Assembly: GCA_964016885.1 (NCBI GenBank)
Contig: OZ024740.1
Span: forward strand, 376,960,001 to 377,024,000
DNA length: 64,000 bases
Origin: Eledone cirrhosa
Taxonomy: Eukaryota
Direction: 5' to 3'
Made by a program: the position numbers and the translations under genes. Of this stretch, positions 13,879 to 27,439 are shown piece after piece (position 1 is the first letter of the stretch; the number at the start of each line of letters is the position of its first letter). A model generated the notes under the pieces. That model was given only the letters and a program-made list of their open reading frames with translations. It ran no database searches and had not been told where the DNA came from.

Positions 13879-14712
13879 ATAAACGTGCTGCGGGGTTGCT
13901 AATGGGTTACATATGAATAAAGTTAGTCCTTCATCAGTGATCTTCCAACCATCATTGGTATTTCATCGCTTTAAAGACCATATACCTCCGGTTGGTGCGA
14001 ACAACGGCTAAAAAATGTCGTTGGGACACGTAAATAAAGGGGACACGAGTGTAAACAAACAAAAATGGTGAAGCAACGAAAAATGAGGAAGAAGGAGTCA
14101 AGTCCCAAATTTTTATGAATTTAAATTCGGTGAAATCGTGAACGAGAGAGAATAAGGACCATCAAACCTGGTTGGAATGTAAGCAACGAAGGAATTCCGT
14201 ACAGGTCTAACGGGAGGAAGAAGGGATCTAGTCTGTGATTTCGGTGAACGTAAGTTCTGTGAAATCGTAGATGAGAGAGAGAAAAAAAGCGACCTGCCTG
14301 ACCAAGGGTGCGAAAGAAAAGAATTACGCACAGGTCAAACGGGAAGAAGGAGGAGGAGGAGAGGTAGTAACAGAGAATGAGTGAGTGAAGGGTGAGGAAG
14401 AGGCTAACAGAGAGAGTGACTGCTAGAGAGGGTAAAGATACAGAGAAAGAAGAAGCAGTAAGAATGAAATAGACGTGTAACAGCGGGGAAAAAAATATGT
14501 GTAAATATGAGAATAAACGTGCTGCGGGGTTGCTAATGGGTTACATATGAATAAAGTTAGTCCTTCATCAGTGATCTTCCAACCATCATTCGTATTTCAT
14601 CGCTTTAAAGACCATATACCTCCGGTTGGTGCGAACAACGGCTAAAAAAAGTCGCTGCGACACGTAAATAAAGGGGACACGAGTGTAAACAAACAAAAAT
14701 GGTGAAGCAACG

Positions 14713-14714
<2 letters not shown>
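13872..14714 (-). mobile_element. Non-coding element with 634-bp period, about 1.3 tandem units, in (TA)n
   Basis: 13872-14081 repeats at 14506-14714; homologous to 59355-60634; (TA)n on both sides. Confidence 0.85.
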
Positions 14715-14787
<73 letters not shown>

Positions 14788-15007
14788 TATATAGTAATAA
14801 TAATAAATTTGAAGACTACAATCCAAAGAGGGCTCGATAAGGATGAATATATATCAAACATATAAGAACCGTAGAGAAAATATTTATTAAAATAACAGAT
14901 TAAAGTTTAAGCAAAGAATCGCTGCTTTCACCCTTAACGGGATCTTCTGAATATATATATATATATATATATATGTGGTCCGCATGTATCTGTGTGTTTC
15001 TCTATAT

Positions 15008-15060
<53 letters not shown>

Positions 15061-15106
15061 TGATGATTTCTAAAGAATGAGACAGTTCTAGTCCTGTAGA
15101 ATCTCA

Positions 15107-15653
<547 letters not shown>

Positions 15654-15668
15654 TTATTTATTTAATTA

Positions 15669-15975
15669 CTAGCTTCAAAGTGCCTTATTTTACCACACTA
15701 TCTATCCATTGCCATTGGGGTCAACCTAGAGTCATATTTCAATACTGTGTCACTGAAGTTCCCCAATTCCATAGTGTGCCACCCTATCTCCACAGTGCGA
15801 TAGTGCCACACCCTAGCTCCGAAGTGCCGTATTTTTCTTCCCTATCTCCCCAATGCCAAACTGTGACATCCTAGTTCTATATTTCAATACTGTTTCACTC
15901 AAACTTCCCACTGCCATAGGGAGGCACCCTAGCTTCAAAGTGCCATATTTTTCCACACGAACCTCCCATTGCTAT
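15669..15975. repeat. Degenerate minisatellite, about 2.4 units of 116-144 bp
   Basis: CTAGCT(T/C)C(A/G)AAGTGCC recurs near 15669, 15813 and 15929. Confidence 0.6.
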
Positions 15976-16309
15976 AGAGCAAAGATTCTCAACGGAGGGG
16001 GCTGGGGCGTTTGAAGTTTTTTGGGTGCCGGAAGGCTCTTTACTTTGGTAAGTTTTATAAGCCATATTTGAACGTCTCTGAGACAACCAGTGTGAATGCA
16101 TTTGAATGAAGAAAACGAAGAAAATAAATAAAAGAAGCTTGTCAACGAATTCCCTATGGAGATAAAAGAAAAACGAAAGAAATCAAAGAAAATGAAAATA
16201 AGGACAAGTTACGAGAACAACTTCAACAGAAAGGACAAGAAAAAGAAGCAAAGGTGATGAAGGTGTGGGTGTATACCTATAGATACATACAATCATACAC
16301 ACGCATGCA

Positions 16310-16775
16310 TGCATACATACATACATACATACATACATACATACATACATACATACATACATACATACATACATACATACATACATACATACATGGTGGC
16401 TGCCAACTCGTTTTCGAGTACGGTCACTACTTTATATAGATGTAGGAGAACTCCTACCGATGCACTGAACGATTGTGACTTTTTAGTCCAGCCAGCGATT
16501 TGAAAACTCTGGTACAAACACTACACTTGCGACAATTATTGACACATAGTGCTGGGCCCATGGTACCATGTGACGACAAGTGCAGAGAGATCTCCAGATA
16601 TAAAGAAATGCCTGTGCCGTGAAGCTTTTATCGTGAGCAAAGACACTGCTCAAAGACATACATACATACATACATACATACATACATACATACATACATA
16701 CATACATACATACATACATACATACATACATACATGATGGCTGCCCCCTCGTTATCAAGTATGGTCATTACCCCA
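16310..16775 (+). repeat. About 260-bp interspersed repeat embedded in (CATA)n
   Basis: Highly similar inverted copy at 25602-25870; the unit restarts at about 16733. Confidence 0.8.
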
Positions 16776-16787
16776 TATAACATTAAT

Positions 16788-16971
16788 AATTGTTTCTACT
16801 TTTGGCACAAGACCAGCAGTTACCCAGTGCATTACTGGTACTTTATTTTATCGACCCGTAAGGATGAAAACAAATTTAACCTCAGTGGCATTTGAACTCA
16901 GAATGGCAAGGGCCGTAACTCCATGCATCAAAGCATGGCGTCCGACCCTCTACCGATACTACCAATCCACC
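16788..16971 (-). mobile_element. tRNA-derived SINE (Meta-core-like)
   Basis: Family match. Confidence 0.85.
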
Positions 16972-17265
16972 AATTATATACATTAATAATAACATTAATA
17001 ATAATTATCAATTAATGCCATCGTGCAATGCCTGTACGTGAAGATTTTTTTTTAAGTGAGGAAAGACTGTGGACTGAGTCAATCCCACTCTCTGAGCGAC
17101 AGTAGCTATAACCCGAAAAGAAGAAAAGATCAACGGTAATTACTGAGCCGCAGGTTATATGTCGCAGGTTATATGTCGGAGTTATCCCAGTTTCCTGGGT
17201 TATCTTCTCCTAGAAGAATGCCCTGGCAAAGGCTAGGGGTCCTTCACATAAGTATATATATATAT

Positions 17266-17317
<52 letters not shown>

Positions 17318-17439
17318 TTTCTGAATTTGTTTAGCAAGATTCTTTATCCAAAACGTGTGTTGAAACCGATATTGTTATACTTTGGTCATGTTGCCAATAA
17401 GAAACACTCGCACCTGTTGCTTTCATTCCAATTTATTAT

Positions 17440-17950
17440 AAATTTAAGAATTTATAAATTTCCGGTTGGTTGATTGGTTCCACAACCGGACGGTTGTTCA
17501 TATATTGTCAAAGTTCTTTCGTCACACATTCTGTGACCTCTTCATTGACTGGGGATTCTTTTCTTTGTTTTGTACCTCTCCTCTGTTCTGTCATACGCCA
17601 TCTTGTTTTTGTGTGTGTTGTGTGCTTAGTTTGCGCATGTGTTACATCCGGGTGTCTGTGTGTGTTTATATTTGTTTATTTATTTGTTTATTTATATGTT
17701 ACTGGTTGGTTGTTTGTTCTATGTGTGTGTGTTTTCATTTTGTCCTTAATTGTAAGTTGTGATGTTGCTATTCCATGTTTTCTATTTAATTTTGGTTGCA
17801 GTTCATTTATGTTTATTGCCTCTGTGATTTGTCTAAACATTGCGTCTTTTCTGTGTGTAGATTTTATTTTTATTTCTATGTTCTCTAATTTGCCCTTATG
17901 TTCTATTTTAGCATGTTGGTGGAGTATTGATGATTCTGTTCTATCTTGAA
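17440..17950 (-). mobile_element. PLE 3' fragment (GIY-YIG C-terminus plus pseudo-LTR)
   Basis: SILHQHAKIEH..RQITEAININELQPKLNRK followed by an HHR motif. Confidence 0.7.
17507..17549 (-). ncRNA. Hammerhead relic (C3 mutated)
   Basis: GTCA-ATGAAGA-G-GTCAC-AGAATGT-GTGAC-GAAA-GAAC-TT-TGAC; stems I, II and III all pair. Confidence 0.65.
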
Positions 17951-20900
17951 GTGGTAAGGAACCAGATGGACCATAACGCACCAAAGTACTCAATACTTAG
18001 GGTAGTAGAGTGGGTAATAGGAACGAGTAGGACCCCGACGACTGAGCACAGAATTAGCCGTCGAAACAGCTTGAGCTCAGCCGTCGGGGTCCTACTCGTT
18101 CCTATATATATATGTATATATATATAATAAGAATACTATTTATAATTATGTATATAGTATAAACAACTATAAACAGGAAGGCTCAATGTATGAACATCAG
18201 TTGTTTTACAGAGCAGTTAAATAAATAAATTATACAATTATCAAAGTTGTGTTCAAATCATTTAATAGCTGACAATCATTTCTTCCAAACTCTCGTTTGG
18301 AGTCATCGGAGCATTATCAATATTTGCACATATAATTACCCTCCTATTCAACTGAACAATAATATAGATACATATAAATTGATGTTGTGAGCAACAGTTT
18401 CGTATTTACAGGGTGAAATGGATGTGACATATATTTTACGAGAATTGTACAATAATTTACAAACATTCAAGTTCAAATTCAAATCAAAATTAAAATTAAA
18501 ATCAAAAGCACGGAGTGAAATACATGCAACAGTTAAAACAAGAGAATAGTCCAAATATTAAAGAGGCATTGAGGAAGCAGTTTTGAGAAAGGAAGAGTGC
18601 GATAACAAATCATATGCAGGCGTGTGGATAGTGTGACTGCGTAAGTCATATACATGAGAAGGAGACAAGCAAAGCTATTATGCATATATAGATGAATAAA
18701 TACTGCAGTTGAAGCAAATATGTTAATGTATTAGAGTCTATGGTGGATGTTGAATGTTGATGGTGTTCGAATTAATGTGTGTTGAGAAACAGAGTTTTTG
18801 CAAACATTTCCATGACATATATTGAATTAAATTTTAGTTAATGTTTATATTGAGTGTTTTAAGTTAGTTAGAGCAATGGATTGTAAATTAGTCTTTATGA
18901 ATTCATATTCATAGACTATATTTGATCAACCGTTAAATTTTCAATCGTTAATTTCCGGAAGTGAATAAATGCGTAAGGGAAGGTAACTAGCTAATTAAGT
19001 TCAATTTAGTTATTATAATTCTTTGTTCTAATACACAATATAATGTGATACCATTGGATCTCTGTTACATAACGGTGTATATTTATGCCTGATTTTAAAT
19101 ACAGTGTATTCTACTATCATACATTAAAGGTCTCTTTAGATTGTTATCTATTCATTACTGGACAAGGTATATATTATGAAGGATTATACAGCTGTTAATA
19201 TGTCATAATAGATATGCTATATGTGTAATAATATAATCCCTAATATAGAATGCTATTACATTTTATATTTAATTATAAGTGTATATATACTTTATTATTA
19301 TTATGTTGTGTAATTTAAGCATTTAATTATACAATTACAAATGCACACATAGTTTATCACCACACATTACATTAAATGTCTCTACATACCAAGTGCCAAA
19401 TATCCATTACTGTATAAGATATAATTAATCTATTGTAGTTATATCACAAGGTGGTAACTCTATGTCTAATTATAACTGTTATTGCAGAGCATAAGGTTAT
19501 AGATGAATATTATAATGGCTTGGATAGGTGCATAGATAAAATTTCATCATCCTTCATCTTATCTCACTCTCTTTCTCTCCCTGCATTTCTCTCTCACTTA
19601 CCGCTTTTAATGTAGAAATGTTAATAGTAATAGCAGTAGAATATTATTATGATGATGACGACATTTGTGGTGGTTAACGTATTCTGTGAGTGTGGTGAAT
19701 GGGAATCTGAATAAAAATCATTAAGTCTACTATGCTGAAATATGAGGGTGGCTTTTCCTGTTGTTTTTTATACCGTTGCTGTTGCTGTGGCTTTTGTGTA
19801 TCTTGTTAATTTTGTGAATGTTGTGGTTCCTGTTGAATTTGTGGCTGTTGGTCTTGTTGATGTTGATTTGCCTGGCGAATATTTGGAGAAAATATATGGC
19901 GAATTTTTTCAAAGTGAATCTGAATTAATTTGAAAGAGACCTCAATATGTTTAATTTTGCTTAGTATCTGTTTCACCGACTGGGTATTGAACAGTTGGGC
20001 TGTTTTTTCGGTAATATGATTCAGACATGAAATATCTATATTTTTAGTTTGGGAGCGACAAAACCACGCATTTATGAGAACGTTGATTACAATCACAGAC
20101 CAATTTCCTTTGTTGTAAACGTGTTGACTATTCATTCATTTGTTACAGACACGACTGCAAAAGCATTCTCGAAGTATGGAAAATTAGAACCGTGTCTTCA
20201 TATTTACTAACATACCGATGCTCAGTTGTGGACCGGTCTACATGATACCAAATCTTGATTAGATACAATTAACGGGGTGTTTGAGCCTGATAACATCATG
20301 ATTCGTTGGTTGCGGTGATAAAACACAACACTTGCAATCAACTAACATCGATATTAAAGCTCTTCTTTTCTATAAACTGGTTTTACTTTCCCAAGCTAAT
20401 GTGTATTCTATCCTTAATATTTCAATTGTTAACGGTTTAAGCTAAAAATGGTTTGCGTTGTCTCCCTTATTGAAAGCTTTGTCAAAATTAGCAACGTAAA
20501 TAAAATTTATAAAGTTATCTCCCTTTAATACAAGACGTAACGCTAAAAAATTACAAAGATCTTTTCGGAACGGCTATATTCAAACTCCCCTCTCGATTAA
20601 TTTATTATGCATGTGTTCGAAAAAGTATGTTCCAATGTGAGATTATAATTTTAACATCGATACATGTTTACGTGTTCTCCATTACGAGAATATAGCATTG
20701 ACAAGAATCGCAATGGGGCGAGTCGACTTGTGGCTAAAAGGCGTTTGTATAAATTTAGCGGCACACTTGAACACTTTCAATCACGTTGTGGTGACGTGCC
20801 TCAAGCTCTTCCTGTTATTGTTCTCCAGCTGCTTCGCCATCGTCATCGAGGTTCTCGTCTTTTTCTACTTGTTTTTGTTGATTTGTTGTTCTCCCTCTTC

Positions 20901-21524
20901 TTTCTTCATCGTCGACATCATCGTCGTCATCATCGTTGTCCACGTCTTTTTCTTCTTTTGTAATGATGTAATGGCTGGGAGATGGTGGTGGTACTGGTGG
21001 TGATTGTTGCTTAGTCTATCGTTAATACTGATCAAATAGACTTAAGAACAAAGGCGTTCCAGTTATGACCATTTAATCAGTTGTTTGTTTTTTTGTTTTT
21101 GTAGTTGTTGTTTTTTTGCTGTTGTATTTTTGCAAATATAGTGTATGGAGGACTATATTCTCAAGTGTGCTGTTCCATTTTTAACAAGGTAGGGAGTGTT
21201 GTCAGGGTGATTTGGCTGCTATTCACTCAAACGAAAACGGAAAGACCTCTTCGTTAGCTCATAAAATTATAAATAACTACGGTACGAAGATACAATACAT
21301 TTCTCTAAAGAATAAAATTGCCACATGAAGACTGAATGTTGCGTCAGCTTACTCTATTTCTGAGAACGGATAGATTTTGTCATGTAGACTCGTCCAAATT
21401 TTACGACGTAAAGTTGATATCTACCTATCCGTAAGACTGATATCTTAGATTTTTCCTCATTACTCTCAAGAATATGACCACAAATTACATGTCTTTATTT
21501 CCATATCTAGTTCATTACAATGAA

Positions 21525-21830
21525 GGTGTGTGGCATAGTCGTTAGAGAATTAGGCTATCGAGTGTAAGGTCGTGAGTTCAATTCCTAGTGGCGCATTGTG
21601 TCTTTGAACAAAACACTTTATTTCACGTTGCTCCAGTCCACTCAAAATGAGTTGCACCTGTAATTTAAATGGCCAGCATTGTCACGCACGTTGAATCTAC
21701 CTGAAAAGTATGTTAAAGGTACACGTGCTTAAATAATTTTTAGCATGTTTCACGTTAATTTCATGAGCCGGCTGTTCTGTGTTTCAAACAACTGGAACGT
21801 TTGACGTCAGAACTGACGGGGATACAACAC
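21525..21830 (+). mobile_element. tRNA-derived SINE (CORE-like family)
   Basis: TGGCATAGTCG A box, GTTCAATTCC B box, GTGTCTTTGAACAAAACACTT core. Confidence 0.7.
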
Positions 21831-22029
21831 ACAAAAATATGCTTTACAAATGTACTTAAGAATTTTTTTTTTTTAATGTGTTTTTCCTTTTAATGGCGTG
21901 ATGTATGAGAATTTTTCTATTTCTAGCGAACCTCTTAACTACGTGACGATACCTGTGTTTATAAATTTCAGTAAAATTCATTATGGCTTATATAAAGGTC
22001 TTCCGTTGTACTTCTATTCACATATATCA

Positions 22030-23870
22030 AATCAATACTAGTGTTTGACTGGAACTTTGTTTCACTGGCCACACAAAAAATGTACGATAAAAGCAGATTA
22101 GTATGTATGAGATGAAAAAATGGTATTTAACTAATGTAATGGTACGCGATGGGGCCCACCCACAGCCCCGGCGGACAGAATGGAGAAGGCGTTTCCCCGG
22201 AGGACGGCAAGGACGACGCGCTAGAAAAGCCACTCCAACTCGCGGGGCTCACACCTACGGCTGGCCTATGGTGGTGAGGTAGCCTTGGGGCCGAGGACAC
22301 CAGAAGTCTCCACTGCCAGGAGAACGACCGCAAACCTGTCAGAGAGCGACCGGTATTTGAGGAGTTTGGCCCCCTCAGCCCGACGTGTAGCAGAACCTGG
22401 GTCAGTCGCATACTACACCAGGTTGCGACTGCAGAAAGTGTCGGTGCAAGGGGCATCCCAGACGAGGGGTTTACCACCGCGGAACGGGAACATGGTCATG
22501 CCATCTGGCCTTTTGCCGTCCCCTCGATCCAGCCCCATCGGGTCGAGCTGGGAAGGGACGCCTGCAGCGTCCAAGCCATGCTTAATTACCTCCTTGAGGG
22601 CAGTATGGCGTGGAATTCGTCCGGCACTGTGGCGACAGGAAAGCGGGTGGAGGCCGAAAGAGTCAACAGTGGAACCGCAGCGACATCGGTGTGGCTGGCA
22701 GATCCGGAGGCCAAGCCTCAGGGAAACGCCGATTCGCAGTCTATGGTTGTCTTGCTGCGTGTCAGTGGAGAAGGAGGGCAGAGCATGGAGCCAGGCACCA
22801 ATGTGGGGTTTGGAGGCCGCACGAAAACAAGCAAGGCGGTGCTGGTCGAGCTGACGCGTGAGCCTGTCTGAGGCCAGGCTGCACTGGTGGCGTCCAAGTG
22901 CGTTGGGAGGACTTGACGTCAACAGTGGGAGAAGGAGGGGGGACGTCTACTTGGCTAAGTCCCAGCCGGTCCCACGTCTCACAGGCGGCCTCACGTTCTC
23001 TGAACACAGAGGGTTCTGTTGTATTTTGAAGAACCCTGCTGACGAGGACGCGGCACGAGGTTACCGACGAAAGATACGCCGGCAAAGCTAGTGAGATCGG
23101 GGACCGGAGGCCTAGGCCGCCATACTTGACCGGTAAAGTGGCCTGTTGCCACCCTATGTCATCAAACTTGACGTTGCATATCCCCTCGGCTGCTGCTCGG
23201 ATACAAGTATCGAGGTCACCGAGGAGAGATGTCTGGGTGTAGCATGGAGCGCTGCCGAGTGTATAGAGGAGTTTCGGCATGGTGAAGCATTTCGTCAGCA
23301 GAAAGAGGGCTGGGTGGCCGTCAATCAAGCCCAGTCGGCTCGTGTGAGTCTGGAGCTGTTGAAGCCTGGACCTGATGGTGGAGCGGATGGCCGGCGAGTG
23401 GATCGGTGACCCGAGGATGAGGACATCCTCTTTGGGGGTCACCTGAACCTGGCGGAGAATGGACCGCACGTCCAAGACGGAGGCCGCAAAGCTCACAGCA
23501 TCGAGGCTGACGTTCACCACCTCCGATTTGGCCGAGTTGACCTGGAGGCCGATTCCCGCCAGAGAAGGAATCACCGATTGAAGGTCTTGGCAGACCGTCC
23601 GTACGGGCCCGCCCAACGTAGCATCATCCAGATACCAAACGTTGAGAGGGGCCGTGATACTCCGGGTGATGTGGTCAATACCAAGGGCGAACAGGAGGGG
23701 TCTCAAAGGGTCGCCCTGTTGGTCTACAGTTGCCGAGGGTATGACTGTATCAGCAGCTAGGAGCATGCTCGGGGCTCCATATGACAGGTAGGCAGAGGGG
23801 GCTCGGCTGAGGCAGGCCTCGAGCAGATGATCCCGGCGTAAAGAGTTAAAGGCATTCCTCATGTCAAGCT
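22030..23870 (-). mobile_element. CRE-clade non-LTR retrotransposon (RT + RLE), 3' part
   Basis: LDMRNAFNS, QQGDPL, WYLDD, LPVKYGGLGL, CRCG..H..SC zinc finger, RH, RPDG..LVWD RLE motifs; frameshifted; GC-rich island. Confidence 0.85.
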
Positions 23871-24243
23871 GTACACAAAAAAGGGAGGGAACAAGGGGTT
23901 GTTCCCAGCGGAAAGATCCAGAATTCAGCACGCACAAATGCGAGCAACTGAGCAGTTTGTCAAAGACGATATTCTCAATGGACGCGCTTACAATATTTAA
24001 ATATAACTGAACCGTCGTGTCATTTAATTTGAGTAAAAGGAAAAAAGTGAATTTGGAGTGTCAATCCCTTGTGACTTTCTTTTTTTTTTCCTCCTTTCTT
24101 CTTTTTTTTCCAATACCGGACTTACAGTTTTCCAAGATTTATACTCATTTTTTTTTTTTTTTTTCTTCCTTCAAAAGGATGGAGGCGTTTTATCTCCTCG
24201 TGAAACTGACATTACTTAATATGTATTATTTCATAACTCAAAA

Positions 24244-24431
24244 GCGGTGGATTGGCAGTATCGGTAGAGGGTCGGACGCCATGCTTTCCAGCATAGTTAC
24301 GTCCCTTTACGATCTGAGTTCAAATCCCGCCTAGTTTGACTTTGCCTTTCATCCTTACGGGGTCGATAAAATAAAGTACCAGTAATGCACTGGATAATTG
24401 CTGGCCTTGTGCCAAAAGTAGAAACAATTAT
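24244..24431 (+). mobile_element. tRNA-derived SINE (Meta-core-like)
   Basis: Complete family copy. Confidence 0.88.
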
Positions 24432-25524
24432 TTCATAACTCTATAGAACTATTAGAATGTTTGTGCAGTGTTCTGTGTCCAGCCAGGTTTGTACAACAAG
24501 TAAGAAAAATGATGATTCGGTGACGGTTTCTTCTTCCACGTCGGAAGATCGAAGTGTGTTTTCTTGTCTTCTTCAATACTTTCATAAACGACTTCGGAGA
24601 TTTAAACCTTATGTTTCAATTGGTGCTTCCATTTCCACACGGTTCTATTATCTTATTTACAAAAATATATATTTCTATATATTTCTTTATTTATTTCTCT
24701 TCTTTTAGTATAACATAGCGAGTTGTCACCAGTGATGTTTGAAGTTCCTTGGAGTGCTGCTATACTGTTATGCTGTTATACTGCTGCTCGTCTGTACTGT
24801 GCGTGATGTACCCACAAGTATTTAAATCCTAAATGTTTGTTTGTTCACCTGTTCTTCGTGTCGTGTCCCAATTTCCGTACAGCATTGGACCCATTGCTGT
24901 TTTAGTGTTACCGGTGGAGTTTTTCTAATTTTACCTTCCAAACACCGAAAGAAACGTTGAAATAGTGTTTGAAACATTAACTATTCATTTATTTTCTTTA
25001 CTTTTGCTGTATGTTTCCTATTTCTTGGTTAACAGTTATTACATTCACTTCATTTCGCCTTATGGTCGTTGCTTCTATTGCCATTTCAATCTACAACAGA
25101 TGAACTTTAAAAAGATTACCAACGGCATTATTTTTGAAAGCTACATTGTAAAGAAATTACGGAAGCAGATAAAAAATAAAGAACAGTGAAAGCATTTCAG
25201 ATGAGAAGAACATCTAGAAAAAACAGGTCATTCTGTTTTCCATGAATGGCAATCCGAGAGGCAATATTTTCAGCAACGAATAAAAGTAGCTACGTTTCAA
25301 AAGAATCCATAGAAAGAAATTTGCGTAGTGTGTTTCTTGGAAACCCGGAGCAAAACCTTTAGAATCGTACAAATGTAATTGAGTGGTTTTACTGTTTATG
25401 TGCAGACATTCAGGCACTGGTTGTCATACATATCTTGTAGTTTCTGTATTATTGTCTTCACCTGTGGCCTCAGGTTGACCAATGTGTATTTAAATGGTAA
25501 GTGTCAATTGAGTGAAAGCTCACG

Positions 25525-25870
25525 TATGTATGTATGTATGTATGTATGTATGTATGTATGTATGTATGTATGTATGTATGTATGTATGTATGTATGTATG
25601 TATGGCTTTGTACAGTGCCTTTGCTCACTATAAAAGCTTCACGGCACAGGCATTGCTTTATATCTGGAGATCTCTCTGCACTTGTCGTCACATGGTACCA
25701 TGGGCCCAGCACTATGTGTCAATAATTGTCACAAGTGTAGTGTTTGTACCAGAGTTTTCAAGTCGCTGACTGGACTAAAAAGTCACACGCGTTCAGCGCA
25801 TCGGTAGGGGTTCTCCTACATGGATATAAAGTAGTGGCCATAGTCGAAAACGAGATGGCAGCGATCGTGT
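25525..25870 (-). repeat. Second copy of the (CATA)n-associated 260-bp repeat
   Basis: Reverse complement of 16393-16660, with a (TATG)n tract. Confidence 0.8.
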
Positions 25871-25893
25871 ATGTATGTATAGGTGTGTGTGTG

Positions 25894-25973
<80 letters not shown>

Positions 25974-26115
25974 ACCCCGAGAAGTAGTGGTTCCACAAAT
26001 AAAAGATAGATAAAATAAGTACCAAACTTGAAAAACTATATAATGACTGTGGTCTTCTTGATGGTGCCCTAGAATGAATACAGTCAAAGGATTAAAACAA
26101 GTAAAAGAATAAAAA

Positions 26116-26170
<55 letters not shown>

Positions 26171-26608
26171 CAGAGACAGACAACTGGAGGTATACATACT
26201 TAGAGGCAGACAGGCAAACTGGCAGACAGACATGCATATATGCATACATACATTAATGCGTATAGAAAACAGATTTGAGATATTTCATTTGAATAATATG
26301 ACAGTAACAATGAATATATTGTGTAGGTAAAAGATCATAAAATATACATCTCCATGAAAATCAGTAAAAAAAAAAAATATTTTAAAATGTATTAATAACA
26401 AAGCATTGACATTTACTTTTGCAGTAACTCTGTATTTGACTGAGGTAAGAAATCGATAAAAATTTAAGGTCTATTGTTGAATGTCTAAATTCTTTTGTGA
26501 AGTAAAAACGTTGATAATTTCTATACATAAATATGAATATATGTGTGTTTGTGTGAGTGCATGTGTGTATTTGTGGCGAGTGGAGGTGGTGGTGGTGGTG
26601 GTGGTAGT

Positions 26609-26651
<43 letters not shown>

Positions 26652-26831
26652 ATGTGTGTGTCTGCGTGCATGTTCGTGTGTGTGCGTGCGTGTTTGTGGG
26701 TTATATCTGTAACCATCTTCAACATATTGTTTTAAGAAGCGTGCGCAAGAATTGTAAAAATGTATGTTTGAGAATAGAATGAAATTGGAAAATATCCTCT
26801 CCCCCTTTCTCTCCCCATCTCCATCCCTCTT

Positions 26832-26938
<107 letters not shown>

Positions 26939-27439
26939 AATTACATAGGTTCTAAAAAATATTTATTAAATATTTAATAAGTACATCTTCTTAAATAACA
27001 ATATTTTAAATCTAACGTGAACTTACAAAAGTAAACGGGAAGTGACGAAATAATTAAACCCAACCTTACCTTAACATTCCAACAGCAAGTCAAAATAGAT
27101 TAGGTCAATATAGAGTGCTAAATCCACTCCAACAAATAAATATGCCAAAGTCAAAAGATTCACATTGAAGCCTATATTAAAGATATCTTAATACATTCTA
27201 CATAATAATTACTAAAACGTAGCCCCACACTCAATAGATAGCATATTAAAGAATTTTAATAAATAAAAGTGTTAAACAACCGTTATTAAACTAAATTACC
27301 AACACACAAAGAAGTATACATTACTTTATATAGTGAACATTCGAATTAAAACAGCAGAAAAATCAACAAAGAAACCAAAATACTAAGCCCAACTTACCAT
27401 AGATTATTGCAATGCAGAAAGTAATAGCAAGACCACCAC

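Noticed and set aside
15669-15975. Spaced repeats as a CRISPR array
   Set aside because: Eukaryotic context, the intervening sequences are themselves homologous, and there are no cas genes
19730-20135. Gln-rich minus-strand ORF
   Set aside because: Low complexity, in-frame stop within the Q-rich run, no domain or clear splice support
20664-21003. ORFs over GAT/CAT-rich sequence (similar at 49273-49470)
   Set aside because: Decayed trinucleotide repeats
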